Both the position numbers and the translations under genes were made by a program. The notes under the pieces were generated by a model, which saw only the letters and a list, made by a program, of their open reading frames with translations, searched no databases and was not told the DNA's origin. From contig CAZXIV010000003.1 in the NCBI GenBank assembly GCA_964640945.1, forward strand, positions 28,083-92,082: DNA of 64,000 nucleotides, in the 5' to 3' direction. Position 1 is the first letter of the stretch; each line of letters opens with the position of its first letter. Origin of the DNA: an uncultured Candidatus Peribacteria bacterium (lineage in GTDB: Bacteria; Patescibacteriota; Gracilibacteria; Peribacterales; Peribacteraceae). Below are positions 35,298 to 49,206 of the stretch, piece after piece.

Positions 35298-38072
35298 ATG
35301 GTTTGGGCTGACCTCCACGCTCACCTGGCTTATCTTTCCGACGCCGACCGGCGCCGGTTAGAACGGGCGTTCGAGATGGGCAAGCAGGCGCATGACGGTC
35401 AGAAGCGAAAATCCGGCGAGCCCTATTTTACCCACCCGATCGCCATGGCCGAGCGGCTGGCCGGCATGGGCGCTGACGCCGATACCCTCATCGCCGCCCT
35501 TTTGCACGACACTGTGGAGGACACGCCCCTCACGCTCAATGAGATCGAGGCGGCCTTTGGCCCGGCGGTGCGGGGGCTCATCGACGGCGTCACAAAGCTG
35601 ACGCGCGCCGACCTCACCTCGCCCTCGCACGACGAACAGATCGAGACACTCCGGAAGATGTTCAGGCTCATGCAGCAGGACGTGCGCATCATGGTGATCA
35701 AGATTGTCGACCGCTGGCACAACATGACGACGGTGACCGGACTGCCCACCGAACGTCGCCAGAGCTTTGCACAGGAAACGCTCGACATCATCGTGAAGAT
35801 CGCCGATCGCCTGAGTATGAAAGAGCTCCGCGAAGAGCTGACGGCCCAGTCGCTGGCCGTGCTGGAACCGACCCTCTTCCTGACGCTCCAGACCATGCGC
35901 CGCGAATTTGAAGCGCAGGCCGGCGACGTGGTGGTGGGTATGGCCCGGACACTGAAAAGCTCACTCCCTAAGGGCGTACGTACCTACACTAAGCCCCTGT
36001 CTTGGGAAAAGACCCGCATCATCCATGAACTTGGCAGCGGTAGTGGCAAGGCCGAAGTGACGGCCATCTTCGCCTGCCCCGACGTGCAGGCCTGTTACAC
36101 CGTGCTCGGCCTCATCCATCAGACCTGGCACTTGCAGAAATTGACATTCGACGACTACATCAATGCCCCGGCCATGAACGGCTACCGCGGCATCCACACC
36201 ACCATTATCCTCCCCAACGGCACACGTGTGCGCTGCAAGGTGCGCACCGAGACGATGGACGTCTACGACCGGCTGGGCGTGGCGATGTACTGCTTCCGCA
36301 AGCACAAGGAAGGCGAGGAAGTGGCGATGCTACCCTGGACTGAGCGCATTTCGCCACTGGCCGAAGGCACCAGCTACCAGAGCCAGGCCTTCTGGACGAG
36401 CCTGCAGCGCGACCTGCTCGGCGAGGAGATCGTCGTCTATGGCGCCAGTGAGCAGTCGGTCACCATCCCCCGCGGCGCTACCGTGCTGGACGCCGCTTTT
36501 TACCTCTTCAATGAGCAAGCCATCCGGGCGGGCGCCATCCGCCTGAACGGCCAGGAAGTGGCCCTCGACGCCACTCTCGCCAACGGCGACGTGGTGGATG
36601 TCACCTTCCACGACGAAGTACAGGCGGGACGCGAGTGGCTGAATTACGTCGAATCTGGTCTGGCCTCGGCCCTCATCCGCCAAGAGCTGGCCAAGGCTCC
36701 CGAAACCGAGAAGATTTTACTCGGCCGTACTTTGCTCGACGTCGGCCTCCGACGCCATAACCTACCAGGATTGGCCGAATTGAAACCACGCGTGTTTGAC
36801 GACACCCTGGCGGCCCTGGGCCTCAACCGGCCCGAAGACCTTCTCATCCAATTGGCCGAAGGCAAACTGACGGTGCCTCAAGCCCTGAACCTCCTCTCGC
36901 ACACGCTCGGCGCCGCTGCGACCAAGCCGGAAACATGGGAACTACGCATGCACCTGACCGGCGAACACGAATCGGAACGCTGGGTGACGTGGCTACGCTC
37001 GCTCCACCCCAACCGCCTTCACCTTGGGCGCAATCGCGGCCATGAGACGGTCCGGGCGCAGCTGGCCCTCACCGCCGGCCAGGCCGACTCGATCGATGCC
37101 TATCTGCGCCCGCGTCTGCCATCGGCGCGCTGGAAGCTGCAATCAAAACGTCTCCGCACGAAAGTGCTCGCCGCCGCGATCGCCCTAGTGGTGCTCTGGG
37201 GACTCGACCCTGTCGTCGGCCAACTGCTCATTAACCAGTACACTTCGGTGCCCGGGCTAACGATCGTGCGTTTCGTGATGTTTATCGTCGTGGCGCTCGT
37301 CGCCCAAGCAAACGTGCAACGAGCAAATCTCGGCCGTTTAATGCCCATCTCGCCCCTGAGCCCAACCTTGCTCGCCTCGGGCATGGCCCTGTTTGCAACG
37401 ACCGTCGGCACGTACTCCGCCCTGCGCTCCATCGACCCGACTGGCTATATCCTTATGATCGTCGCCGGCGTACTCGCCGTCGCTTCGGCGCGTGCCCTTA
37501 TCCGCCGCGAACCCGCAACGGCCACGTTGGCTAGCCTGGGCGTGGTAGGCAGCTGCATCGCCGCCTACATCGCGGTGGTGCAACCCAGTCCTTTCAGTAT
37601 CTTTGCGGCCCTGCTCGGCTCGGGTGGCTTCGCGGTCTACTCGCTGGCCAGCCAGCAGTACCAGAAAACCGTCAGCATCCGCACGCGTTACCCGACCTTC
37701 CTACTTTGGGTGGCGATCACAGCCCTCGTCTGCTCACTCTTTCTCCTGCCGTGGACGCCCCTCCGCGGCCTGACGGGCCCTGGCCTTTGGCTGTCGGCGG
37801 CTTTCGTACTCGTCTTCACGGTCTTGCCGTATATCTTGTACTTCGAAATCATGCGCCTGACGGAGAGCCGCCTCCTCGACCGCCTGCTGCCGCTCGTGAT
37901 TGTCTCCACGGTGGCGGGCGATCTCGTGACGAATTGGATCTGGTGGCCGCTCTTGGCGCTCCCCGGCTTGATGACGGTTTGCTGGCTTCTTTGGCTCCAC
38001 ACCGACGACAGTCAACCGTCAGGACCGACGCAGTATGCGCACGGCCGTCAGCCAGTTAGCGTTGATGACTGA
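35298..38072 (+). CDS. Long RelA/SpoT homologue (HD hydrolase + synthetase-like + TGS) fused to a C-terminal polytopic DMT/EamA-like membrane domain
   Basis: HD domain HDGQKRKSGEPYFTHP...LLHDTVEDT. Synthetase-like region NGYRGIHTT...RCKVRTETMD. TGS domain VVYGASEQSVTIPRGATVLDAAF...NGDVVDV. The last 300 aa or so (from about 37150) contain roughly 9-10 hydrophobic helices. Confidence 0.85.
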   Translation: MVWADLHAHLAYLSDADRRRLERAFEMGKQAHDGQKRKSGEPYFTHPIAMAERLAGMGADADTLIAALLHDTVEDTPLTLNEIEAAFGPAVRGLIDGVTKLTRADLTSPSHDEQIETLRKMFRLMQQDVRIMVIKIVDRWHNMTTVTGLPTERRQSFAQETLDIIVKIADRLSMKELREELTAQSLAVLEPTLFLTLQTMRREFEAQAGDVVVGMARTLKSSLPKGVRTYTKPLSWEKTRIIHELGSGSGKAEVTAIFACPDVQACYTVLGLIHQTWHLQKLTFDDYINAPAMNGYRGIHTTIILPNGTRVRCKVRTETMDVYDRLGVAMYCFRKHKEGEEVAMLPWTERISPLAEGTSYQSQAFWTSLQRDLLGEEIVVYGASEQSVTIPRGATVLDAAFYLFNEQAIRAGAIRLNGQEVALDATLANGDVVDVTFHDEVQAGREWLNYVESGLASALIRQELAKAPETEKILLGRTLLDVGLRRHNLPGLAELKPRVFDDTLAALGLNRPEDLLIQLAEGKLTVPQALNLLSHTLGAAATKPETWELRMHLTGEHESERWVTWLRSLHPNRLHLGRNRGHETVRAQLALTAGQADSIDAYLRPRLPSARWKLQSKRLRTKVLAAAIALVVLWGLDPVVGQLLINQYTSVPGLTIVRFVMFIVVALVAQANVQRANLGRLMPISPLSPTLLASGMALFATTVGTYSALRSIDPTGYILMIVAGVLAVASARALIRREPATATLASLGVVGSCIAAYIAVVQPSPFSIFAALLGSGGFAVYSLASQQYQKTVSIRTRYPTFLLWVAITALVCSLFLLPWTPLRGLTGPGLWLSAAFVLVFTVLPYILYFEIMRLTESRLLDRLLPLVIVSTVAGDLVTNWIWWPLLALPGLMTVCWLLWLHTDDSQPSGPTQYAHGRQPVSVDD

Positions 38073-39041
38073 GCCATCGGCGACGGCGATCTTACTACCG
38101 GGCGTCTCCCAGGCGAGAAAGCACTCGCGTGCCTCGTTGCCGATGGAATGGACCATGACGCTCACGTCGTTAATAATAGGAGAATCAAAGCGGACCTCCT
38201 CGCCGTCCGGCAGGACGACCGACGGAACGCTGAACATATTCGCAATCAGGTAGCGCACGGGGTGGTGGCGTCCGGGATTAATGTCTGTACCGATACGACC
38301 AAGAGCGTGATTCGTAGCCGCAGAAGCAAACTTTTTTCCGCGGTAATCGGCGATAGGATGAGCCAGAGCCGGCGAGGTGCCGGGCTGGAAAGGCGCCACA
38401 CCAACATCGCTCAGGACGGCGGCGCAGGCGGGCTCAGTGCGAATCTCGGCAGCGACACGCTCGGCCAACTCGCGCTGCTGCGGGAAGAACGCGTCGCGCT
38501 GGGTCTGAGGATCGGGCACAAACATCAGCGGCTCGATGGCCAGATCATCCGGCAGCTCGATCTGCACGTCGGCCGCCCATGTGGACGGGCGCAAGCTGCC
38601 ACTCTGGGGATCAATGACGCAGCCGCGGGCATGGGAAATGACCCAATGCGGGGAGCAGAGCCTCGCTAAAATGTCGTCACGGCCGTAACCATCCACTTCA
38701 AGTAGGCCACCCTCCTGGGCAACAAGCCTACGAAACCCCGCCACTGGTCCCAGCATGCCAGCACGCTTTTGCCGGGCCGCCTCAACAAAACGCATGGCGA
38801 TTGTCAGCTGGCGACGACGATCAAGAAGCTCATCGACATCGGCCGGGGTCGCGGCTTCGGCTTCGATCTCGAACGCCGCCGTACTCTCGATCGTGCCCTG
38901 ACGAAGTAACGCTATGATGTGGGCCGTATGGGCGGCGCGGGCCTGCTCGGCCCGACGCCCAGCTTGCTGGCGGGCGCTCTCGGCGCGTAAGCGTGTTAGC
39001 AGGTCCGAACCAGTATTTTCTGCGGGATTCTCAGCAGGCAT
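38019..39041 (-). CDS. Hypothetical protein (340 aa)
   Basis: Long ORF with coding-like composition and no motif recognised. Its 3' end overlaps the convergent RSH gene by 54 nt. Confidence 0.45.
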   Translation of the reverse strand: MPAENPAENTGSDLLTRLRAESARQQAGRRAEQARAAHTAHIIALLRQGTIESTAAFEIEAEAATPADVDELLDRRRQLTIAMRFVEAARQKRAGMLGPVAGFRRLVAQEGGLLEVDGYGRDDILARLCSPHWVISHARGCVIDPQSGSLRPSTWAADVQIELPDDLAIEPLMFVPDPQTQRDAFFPQQRELAERVAAEIRTEPACAAVLSDVGVAPFQPGTSPALAHPIADYRGKKFASAATNHALGRIGTDINPGRHHPVRYLIANMFSVPSVVLPDGEEVRFDSPIINDVSVMVHSIGNEARECFLAWETPGSKIAVADGSVINANWLTAVRILRRS

Positions 39042-39112
39042 AAAAGAAAAGTGGCGCTATTCTGCATGGAATTCTTATCCTTGCAAGTCGCCCGCCGTAC
39101 GTTCAACCAGAC

Positions 39113-39607
39113 TTAGGCTGTCGCAAGGAGGGATATGTCTTCCGCAGGATGCAATCCAGAATCAAAAGAATGACATTCTTCCGCCATCAGCACATCAATC
39201 ACCGTGCGCACCTCTTTACATAATGCGGCAAAATCCACGCGGGGCTGATCAACATTTCGAAGAAGATCAGCTAGTACGATCTCACCAGTCAACTCAATAG
39301 CCTTATGTTCGATCAGCTCTCGAATCTCCCCACGCTGACGCAGCATCCTCGCCACTCGGCAAGCAGTAGCACTCAGAGGATGCCGAAGTAACAACGCCCG
39401 GATTTCTCTGCGAAGCGCTTCTTGCACACGGTTGTGGATAATAAGCACTGCCTCCTCGATTTCAAGAGCTTTTGCCTCCTCCAAAACACGTTGCACAACC
39501 TCTGCTTCCGTCTGAGGAATCGGAACGGTGTCGGAGGCCGAATCGTAGATGAGGGTATTGACTACCATTTGGGACCCAAAGTTTAAGAATATTGCCTCTT
39601 TTGTCAA
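39113..39607 (-). CDS. Hypothetical protein (164 aa)
   Basis: Lower-GC ORF, co-directional with its neighbours, no motif recognised. Confidence 0.45.
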   Translation of the reverse strand: MTKEAIFLNFGSQMVVNTLIYDSASDTVPIPQTEAEVVQRVLEEAKALEIEEAVLIIHNRVQEALRREIRALLLRHPLSATACRVARMLRQRGEIRELIEHKAIELTGEIVLADLLRNVDQPRVDFAALCKEVRTVIDVLMAEECHSFDSGLHPAEDISLLATA

Positions 39608-39659
39608 CTAAAGGCGACATGAAATTTGCGTGTAAAAACAAGGATGCGGTTCAAAAAGA

Positions 39660-41027
39660 CTAGATTGACCGCTTCGCCCGCCGAAACAACTCAAAACAAC
39701 GCTGAATCAAGTAACGAAAAACGATGTAATTGCGGGCGATATCGGCAGCTGAAACCCACTCTAGGGGGGAGTGAGCGCCACCACCTTTGATCGGAATACT
39801 GAGCGTCGGCTTACCGCCTTGGGCGGCATAGAGGCACTCGTCAGCATTAGAATGGCCGTACACGTAGTTGGCCGACGCGCCCGTGATACGCTCGATGGCA
39901 GCGTTGATCACGCCGACGTACGGATGCTTCGGATCGACCATAAAGGGGGAATACGAGGTACTATCGGGCCGTTTACTGAGCGACACGCTAATACCAGTGC
40001 GTTTCCAATCACGGATCACGCCGAGACGTTCGACGGCTTCCATCTGTACTTTGAGCGCCGACTCGATCGTGGACGGGGGCACGAGCAACATCTTGTAGTT
40101 GGTTTTCGCACTTTGGGGACGGATCAGCCCCTCCGAATCGGCACTCACATCGGCGGCGAAGATTTCCTCAAATCCAAGCGGGCCCGGCACGCTCCCCTCG
40201 TCTCCTGCCAATATCGGATGATGACGTAGATGTGGAGCAGCCGCGCGCAAGGCTGGCGAAAGCGGATCGAGCGCATCGGGGTTGAATATGCGGTACACCT
40301 GCGCCAGTTCGTGGTACGCCGAGGGCATGTTGGGGCGCGCACCGTGGCCCGCTCCCATTACCAACTTGGCATGAATGCCTGACTTGAGGATGCCGCGCCG
40401 ACCGCCAATGACGTTCATCTCGTCCTGGCCGGGCGGAACTTGGAGCGGTCCGATCTCGGAGGACAGCACGAGGTCGATACTCGAAAAATGCGGCCACTGA
40501 TTGATAATGTGCTGCGCAGCGTGCGAGCGGTATTCTTCGTCACCGGTAAAAGCGACATAGAGACACATGCCTTCGGGCACGTTCACTTCACGCAGGAGGT
40601 GGATGCCGTTCATGACCGATGATTGCATGTCATACACACCAAGACCCCGCAGACGATCGAGGTCATCAGCCTGGGCCGTAAGCACATGAGGACTATTCCA
40701 GTCGGTCGATGGTTTAACCGTGTCGGCATGAGCCACCACAAACGCGGTAAAGTCCGCCTTTTCGCGCTGACCAAGCTGACAAATAAGGTACGAGCTGTCT
40801 TCGGGCGTTTCTTCCCAGTAATCCACTATGCGTTGTTCGAAGGCTTCGGTCCCAATCAGCTGCTTAATGAGACCCATCTTCTTCTGGGCCAAATTTGGCG
40901 TATGCGATGGGCACCCCACCAAACGATCAAGGACGTTTCGGGACCAATCGTCGAGGTGATAGTTGGAAAGTGGCTTCAGTGGCACAGGTCCGTCATTGTC
41001 CCGTCGGGACGGGGTCAGGTCAATCAA
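39660..41027 (-). CDS. M20/M28-type metallopeptidase family protein (ArgE/DapE-like)
   Basis: VVAHADTVKP, GLGVYDMQSSV, VAFTGDEEYRS and a C-terminal GGGAHSPLEW match the metal-ligand blocks of M20 peptidases. Confidence 0.7.
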   Translation of the reverse strand: MIDLTPSRRDNDGPVPLKPLSNYHLDDWSRNVLDRLVGCPSHTPNLAQKKMGLIKQLIGTEAFEQRIVDYWEETPEDSSYLICQLGQREKADFTAFVVAHADTVKPSTDWNSPHVLTAQADDLDRLRGLGVYDMQSSVMNGIHLLREVNVPEGMCLYVAFTGDEEYRSHAAQHIINQWPHFSSIDLVLSSEIGPLQVPPGQDEMNVIGGRRGILKSGIHAKLVMGAGHGARPNMPSAYHELAQVYRIFNPDALDPLSPALRAAAPHLRHHPILAGDEGSVPGPLGFEEIFAADVSADSEGLIRPQSAKTNYKMLLVPPSTIESALKVQMEAVERLGVIRDWKRTGISVSLSKRPDSTSYSPFMVDPKHPYVGVINAAIERITGASANYVYGHSNADECLYAAQGGKPTLSIPIKGGGAHSPLEWVSAADIARNYIVFRYLIQRCFELFRRAKRSI

Positions 41028-41094
41028 GGCAGACAGTCGTGCGTTTGGAGGCCATTTCCTTTACGCTCTCCCCGTCTAGAGTCTACTTCCCGCT

Positions 41095-45368
<4,274 letters not shown>

Positions 45369-45372
<4 letters not shown>

Positions 45373-45722
45373 AAGCCCTCCTCCTCCGCCTGCTCGCCAC
45401 CGCCGGCCTGCTCTGGATCTTGATGCTCGTCTTCCCGGGACGCTTCGAAGTGACGAACGGCCTCACCGGCCTGATCGTAGTCATGCTGATGTTCGGCCTG
45501 CTCAACGCCATCGTCCGCCCCGTGCTTGCGCTCGTAACGCTGCCGGTGGCGCTCATCAGCGGCCTGGTGGCCTCGCTCATCGTGAACCTGCTCATCCTCC
45601 TTCTTTGTCAGCGCCTACTGGAGGCGTTGGACCTGAGCACCCAGATGACGCTGAACGGTTGGGGCGTCACCTTCGCGGTAGCCGGGACCATGGGCCTGCT
45701 GCACTGGCTCCTGAAGCGCTGA
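45369..45722 (+). CDS. DUF360 / phage-holin-family-IV-like small membrane protein
   Basis: 117 aa with 3-4 TM segments. The LLNAIVRPVLALVTLPVALISGLVASLIVN pattern is typical of DUF360. ATGA overlap with the ileS stop. Confidence 0.65.
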
Positions 45723-45725
45723 GGC

Positions 45726-46487
45726 TTAGGCCTTCTCCCACAGCTCTCGGAACATTGCGCGCAGGTTGGCGCTGAGACGCACGTCGTGGATCTCGACCAG
45801 GTAATGGGGCTTGGTCTCCGTCACGATCATCACCATGTATTCGCCGTTCACCCAGAGCGTCGATTTGATCTCGTCCTGCTGCTTCCAGAACTTCACCACG
45901 CGGTTGACGTAGTCGTGCTGAACCATCTTCCGCTCAATTTCCGATTGGTTCGTCAATAATCGGAGCGGAACGGTCTTATAATCGGGATTGGTCCAATACC
46001 AGTCGATCCAGTCCTTGTACTCTTCTACGAAGGTGTGGTCCTGGAAGCCCCACCAGACGTTGTCCGTCGCCCGGACGCTCGCGACCCACTTCGGACTCTC
46101 GCTCTGCAGGTAGGCGCCGATCTCGTCCTCGTCCACGAAGACGATTTTCGGGACGGAGTAGCGGACGTTCTTGGCGATGGTCTCCAGCTCGGAGACGACT
46201 TTACGAATGGAGTGTTCTTTCTTATTCAGGTTCTCCTTCTCTTTCTCGATGAGCTGGTAGAGATCCTCGGGCGGACGAGCGAGCACATACCGCTTCGACG
46301 AGGTGACATCCTCGCGGATCACTTTCCTATCGATGAGGTTCTTGAGCAGTCCGTAAACGGTCGTGCGGTTGATCTTGGTGAGCGACGCCAGCTCGGTCAC
46401 CGAAATTTTCCCCTGCTGAAGGATCATCAGATAGAGCTCGGTCTCTTTTTTGGTGAAGCCTAAATCAGCCAGAAGGACATCAATCAT
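45726..46487 (-). CDS. TrmB-family transcriptional regulator
   Basis: N-terminal wHTH LGFTKKETELYLMILQQGKISVTELASLTKINRTTVYGLLKNLIDRKVI plus a C-terminal effector-type domain. Confidence 0.8.
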   Translation of the reverse strand: MIDVLLADLGFTKKETELYLMILQQGKISVTELASLTKINRTTVYGLLKNLIDRKVIREDVTSSKRYVLARPPEDLYQLIEKEKENLNKKEHSIRKVVSELETIAKNVRYSVPKIVFVDEDEIGAYLQSESPKWVASVRATDNVWWGFQDHTFVEEYKDWIDWYWTNPDYKTVPLRLLTNQSEIERKMVQHDYVNRVVKFWKQQDEIKSTLWVNGEYMVMIVTETKPHYLVEIHDVRLSANLRAMFRELWEKA

Positions 46488-46663
46488 CCCTTCTAGTATA
46501 GTCTTTTTCTTGATTTTTGTCGAACAACCGCCAACAAATATAAAGTGTTTACTTTAAGCCAAAAAACTAAGAAATATACGAGCTATTACTGATAGTATTT
46601 TTGACCATTCCAACAGTAAAATGTATAAATTACATACAATTTTTACTTTCTGTCTACTACCAC

Positions 46664-47515
46664 ATGAATCCCTCAAAAAAGCCAGTCATGGCTTCCACCC
46701 TTTCTCTCCTGGCCCTCGGCCTGGCCGGGCTCGCCTTCCTCAACCGTGGTCCCGCCAACGGTGCCACACCGAGCGCGCTCTCGACCATACAAAAGACCGG
46801 CGTGATGCGCGTCTGTTACGCCGTCTGGCCACCGGCCGTCATCAAGGACGCCACCACCGGTGCACTCTCCGGCCACGACATCGACGCACTCCGCTACATC
46901 GCGGACCAAGTAGGCGCCAAGCTGGAGTTCTCCGAGCAGACGTTCGGCACCATGGCGACCGCCGTGCAGTCGGGCCAGTGCGACATCGGCACCTCGCTGT
47001 TCGTCAAAGTCGCCCGCGCCGCCGCCGTCAACTTCTCGACACCGCTCTTCTACGCCGGCAACAGCGCCTTGGTGCGCGCTGGTGAGACGCGATTTCGCAA
47101 CATCGAAGACATGAATAAGCCCGGCGTGACAATCGCCGTCGCCAACGGTGAGTCGGGTCACATCTACGCCAAGGAGAAGCTGCCGCTGGCCACCATCGTA
47201 CCGATCGACGTCGAATCCTCGGACCTGTCGCGCTTTCTCTTAGAGGTGGTCTCGGGTCGCGCCGACGCGGGCCTGGCTGACGCCAACACCATTGCCATGT
47301 TCGCCGCCGCGCACCCGGGCACCACGGACCTCTTCGCCGCCAAACCGTTCGATGTGAACCCCGACGCCTGGCCGGTGCGCCAGGGCGACCCCGACTTCCT
47401 ACAATTCATCAATAACTCGCTCGCCTTCATGCAGGCCAATGGCACCTGGCAGGAGCTCGAAGAGAAGTACGACGCCAAGTGGCTCCACGAGGTGACTGAA
47501 TACCGCATCCGTTAA
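46664..47515 (+). CDS. Amino-acid ABC transporter substrate-binding protein (SBP family 3)
   Basis: Signal peptide, then GVMRVCYAVWPP...GHDIDALRYIADQVGAKLEF...QSGQCDIGTS. Start was moved to the ATG at 46664 (MNPSKK). Confidence 0.85.
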   Translation: MNPSKKPVMASTLSLLALGLAGLAFLNRGPANGATPSALSTIQKTGVMRVCYAVWPPAVIKDATTGALSGHDIDALRYIADQVGAKLEFSEQTFGTMATAVQSGQCDIGTSLFVKVARAAAVNFSTPLFYAGNSALVRAGETRFRNIEDMNKPGVTIAVANGESGHIYAKEKLPLATIVPIDVESSDLSRFLLEVVSGRADAGLADANTIAMFAAAHPGTTDLFAAKPFDVNPDAWPVRQGDPDFLQFINNSLAFMQANGTWQELEEKYDAKWLHEVTEYRIR

Positions 47516-47525
47516 CTCTGCAACC

Positions 47526-48206
47526 ATGTACGACTGGCAGTGGTCCATCATCTGGCAATACAAGGGAGTGTTCCTGGAGGGAGCAGCCGTCACGCTCTGG
47601 ACGTCGCTCCTGTCCATTCTTATCGGCACGGCCGGCGGGACCGCTTTGGCCCTCCTCGCCCGCCTCGACTCCCCTGGCCTCAACCGCACCGTCGCGGTGT
47701 GGATCAGCCTCTGTCGGGCCCTGCCCGTCCTGGTCGTCCTTATCTGGATCTATTACGTCGTCCCCATCAGCTTCGGCCTGCGTCTCTCATCCTTTGCCGC
47801 CGCCGTCGTCGCCCTCTCGCTCCATCTCTCCGGCTTCGTGGCCGAGACTCTCCGGGCCGCCTTGCGCTCGGTACCCGCCGCCCAGTGGGAATCGGGGTTG
47901 GCCGTGGGCATGACACCCGGGCAGACGCTGCTGTTCGTTATCGCTCCCCAGGCGGTGCGGAACGCCATCCCAAACCTCCTCGGCCTCTACATCACGGAAA
48001 TCAAGAACTCCTCGCTCGCCTCAGTGATCGCCGTCAACGAGGTGCTGCACCGGGCGAACATCGTCATCAGCGAGACCTTCCGTCCGCTCGAAATTTACAC
48101 CGGCGTCGCGCTCACCTACCTGATCATCATCCTGCCCCTCATCGCCCTAGCAAAATACTTGGAACGCCAGAGCGGTAGCCACCTCAGCCATGCCTTCAGC
48201 GATTGA
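47526..48206 (+). CDS. Amino-acid ABC transporter permease (His/Glu/Gln/Arg/opine family)
   Basis: Five TM segments and an EAA-like loop (AETLRAALRSVPAAQWESGLAVGMTPGQT). Confidence 0.85.
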   Translation: MYDWQWSIIWQYKGVFLEGAAVTLWTSLLSILIGTAGGTALALLARLDSPGLNRTVAVWISLCRALPVLVVLIWIYYVVPISFGLRLSSFAAAVVALSLHLSGFVAETLRAALRSVPAAQWESGLAVGMTPGQTLLFVIAPQAVRNAIPNLLGLYITEIKNSSLASVIAVNEVLHRANIVISETFRPLEIYTGVALTYLIIILPLIALAKYLERQSGSHLSHAFSD

Positions 48207-48936
48207 AATTACCGGCCTTCGCGTCAGCCTGGGCAACCAGGAGATCCTGCGCGGCATTACGGCAGTCATGCCCCCGGGCAGCGTCACGGCTCTCATCGGC
48301 CCGAGCGGCTCCGGCAAAAGCACACTACTGCGCTGCCTGGTGGGCTTCGTGCCGCTTCAGGACGGCCAGATCGCGATTGCTGGTGCCCGGCTGGAGGCCG
48401 ACCAAGCGGCGGATCTGCGCCGGCTCCGGGAACGCGTGGGCACCGTCTCGCAGCAGTACACCTTGTGGCCGCACCGCACCGTGCTGCAGAACCTCTGCGA
48501 CGGACCCATCCTCGTGCGCGGCCTCAACCAAGCCAGCGCCGAGCAGCGCGCGTATGGCCTACTCATGGAGCTCAACCTGGTCGAGAAAGCGGACGCGTAC
48601 CCCACTGCCCTTTCGGGCGGCCAGCAGCAGCGCATCGCCATCGCCCGGGCGCTCGCCATGGACCCCGAAGTGATCCTGCTCGACGAAGTCACCTCGGCGC
48701 TAGACCCCGAACGCACGGCCGACATCTTGGTGGCCATCCGCAAGCTGGTGGCCGACGGGCAGCGGACGGTAGTGATGGCCACCCACGAAATAGGCTTCGC
48801 CCGGCAGGTGGCCGACCAGGTCGTCTTCTTGGATAAAGGCGCAGTGGTAGAGCAGGGTTCACCCGCCGCGGTGCTGGACCGACCGTCACACCCGCGAACC
48901 AAGCGGTTTCTCTCGGCCATGAGCCTGGCGGCTTAG
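48190..48936 (+). CDS. Amino-acid ABC transporter ATP-binding protein
   Basis: Walker A GPSGSGKST, signature LSGGQQQRIAIARAL and Walker B ILLDEVTSALD. Confidence 0.9.
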   Translation: MPSAIEITGLRVSLGNQEILRGITAVMPPGSVTALIGPSGSGKSTLLRCLVGFVPLQDGQIAIAGARLEADQAADLRRLRERVGTVSQQYTLWPHRTVLQNLCDGPILVRGLNQASAEQRAYGLLMELNLVEKADAYPTALSGGQQQRIAIARALAMDPEVILLDEVTSALDPERTADILVAIRKLVADGQRTVVMATHEIGFARQVADQVVFLDKGAVVEQGSPAAVLDRPSHPRTKRFLSAMSLAA

Positions 48937-49127
48937 AAGTTCTTCTGGGCGAAGTCGTTGATGGCCCAACTCATGCCCTTGATGGCCGCACCCTTGGGCA
49001 TCTTGTGGTACGAGGAGACGACGCCATACTGGCCGTCGCCTTTCTCGAAGCCGAAGATGATGAAGCTCTTGAGGCCGAGCTCCTGGAGGAGCGCCTCGCA
49101 CTTCTTCTTCATGTCGTTGTTATCCAT
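48933..49127 (-). CDS. Small hypothetical protein (about 64 aa)
   Basis: ORF MDNNDMKKKCEALLQELGLKSFIIFGFEKGDGQYGVV... The tracked start at 49148 lies inside the upstream gene's terminator T-tract, so the ATG at 49127 is preferred. Confidence 0.4.
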   Translation of the reverse strand: MDNNDMKKKCEALLQELGLKSFIIFGFEKGDGQYGVVSSYHKMPKGAAIKGMSWAINDFAQKNF

Positions 49128-49146
49128 AGTAGACCGATCGTAGCAC

Positions 49147-49180
49147 AAAAAAACCGCCTGCCCCGGAATGGGGCAAGCGG
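49147..49180 (-). terminator. Rho-independent terminator of the 1050-aa secreted-protein gene
   Basis: Stem CCGCCTGCCCC/GGGGCAAGCGG (10 of 11 bp) with a GGAAT loop at 49154-49180, followed on the minus strand by T7. Confidence 0.55.
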
Positions 49181-49206
49181 CGAAAGGGTTGGTGACGACT
49201 CTCTAC

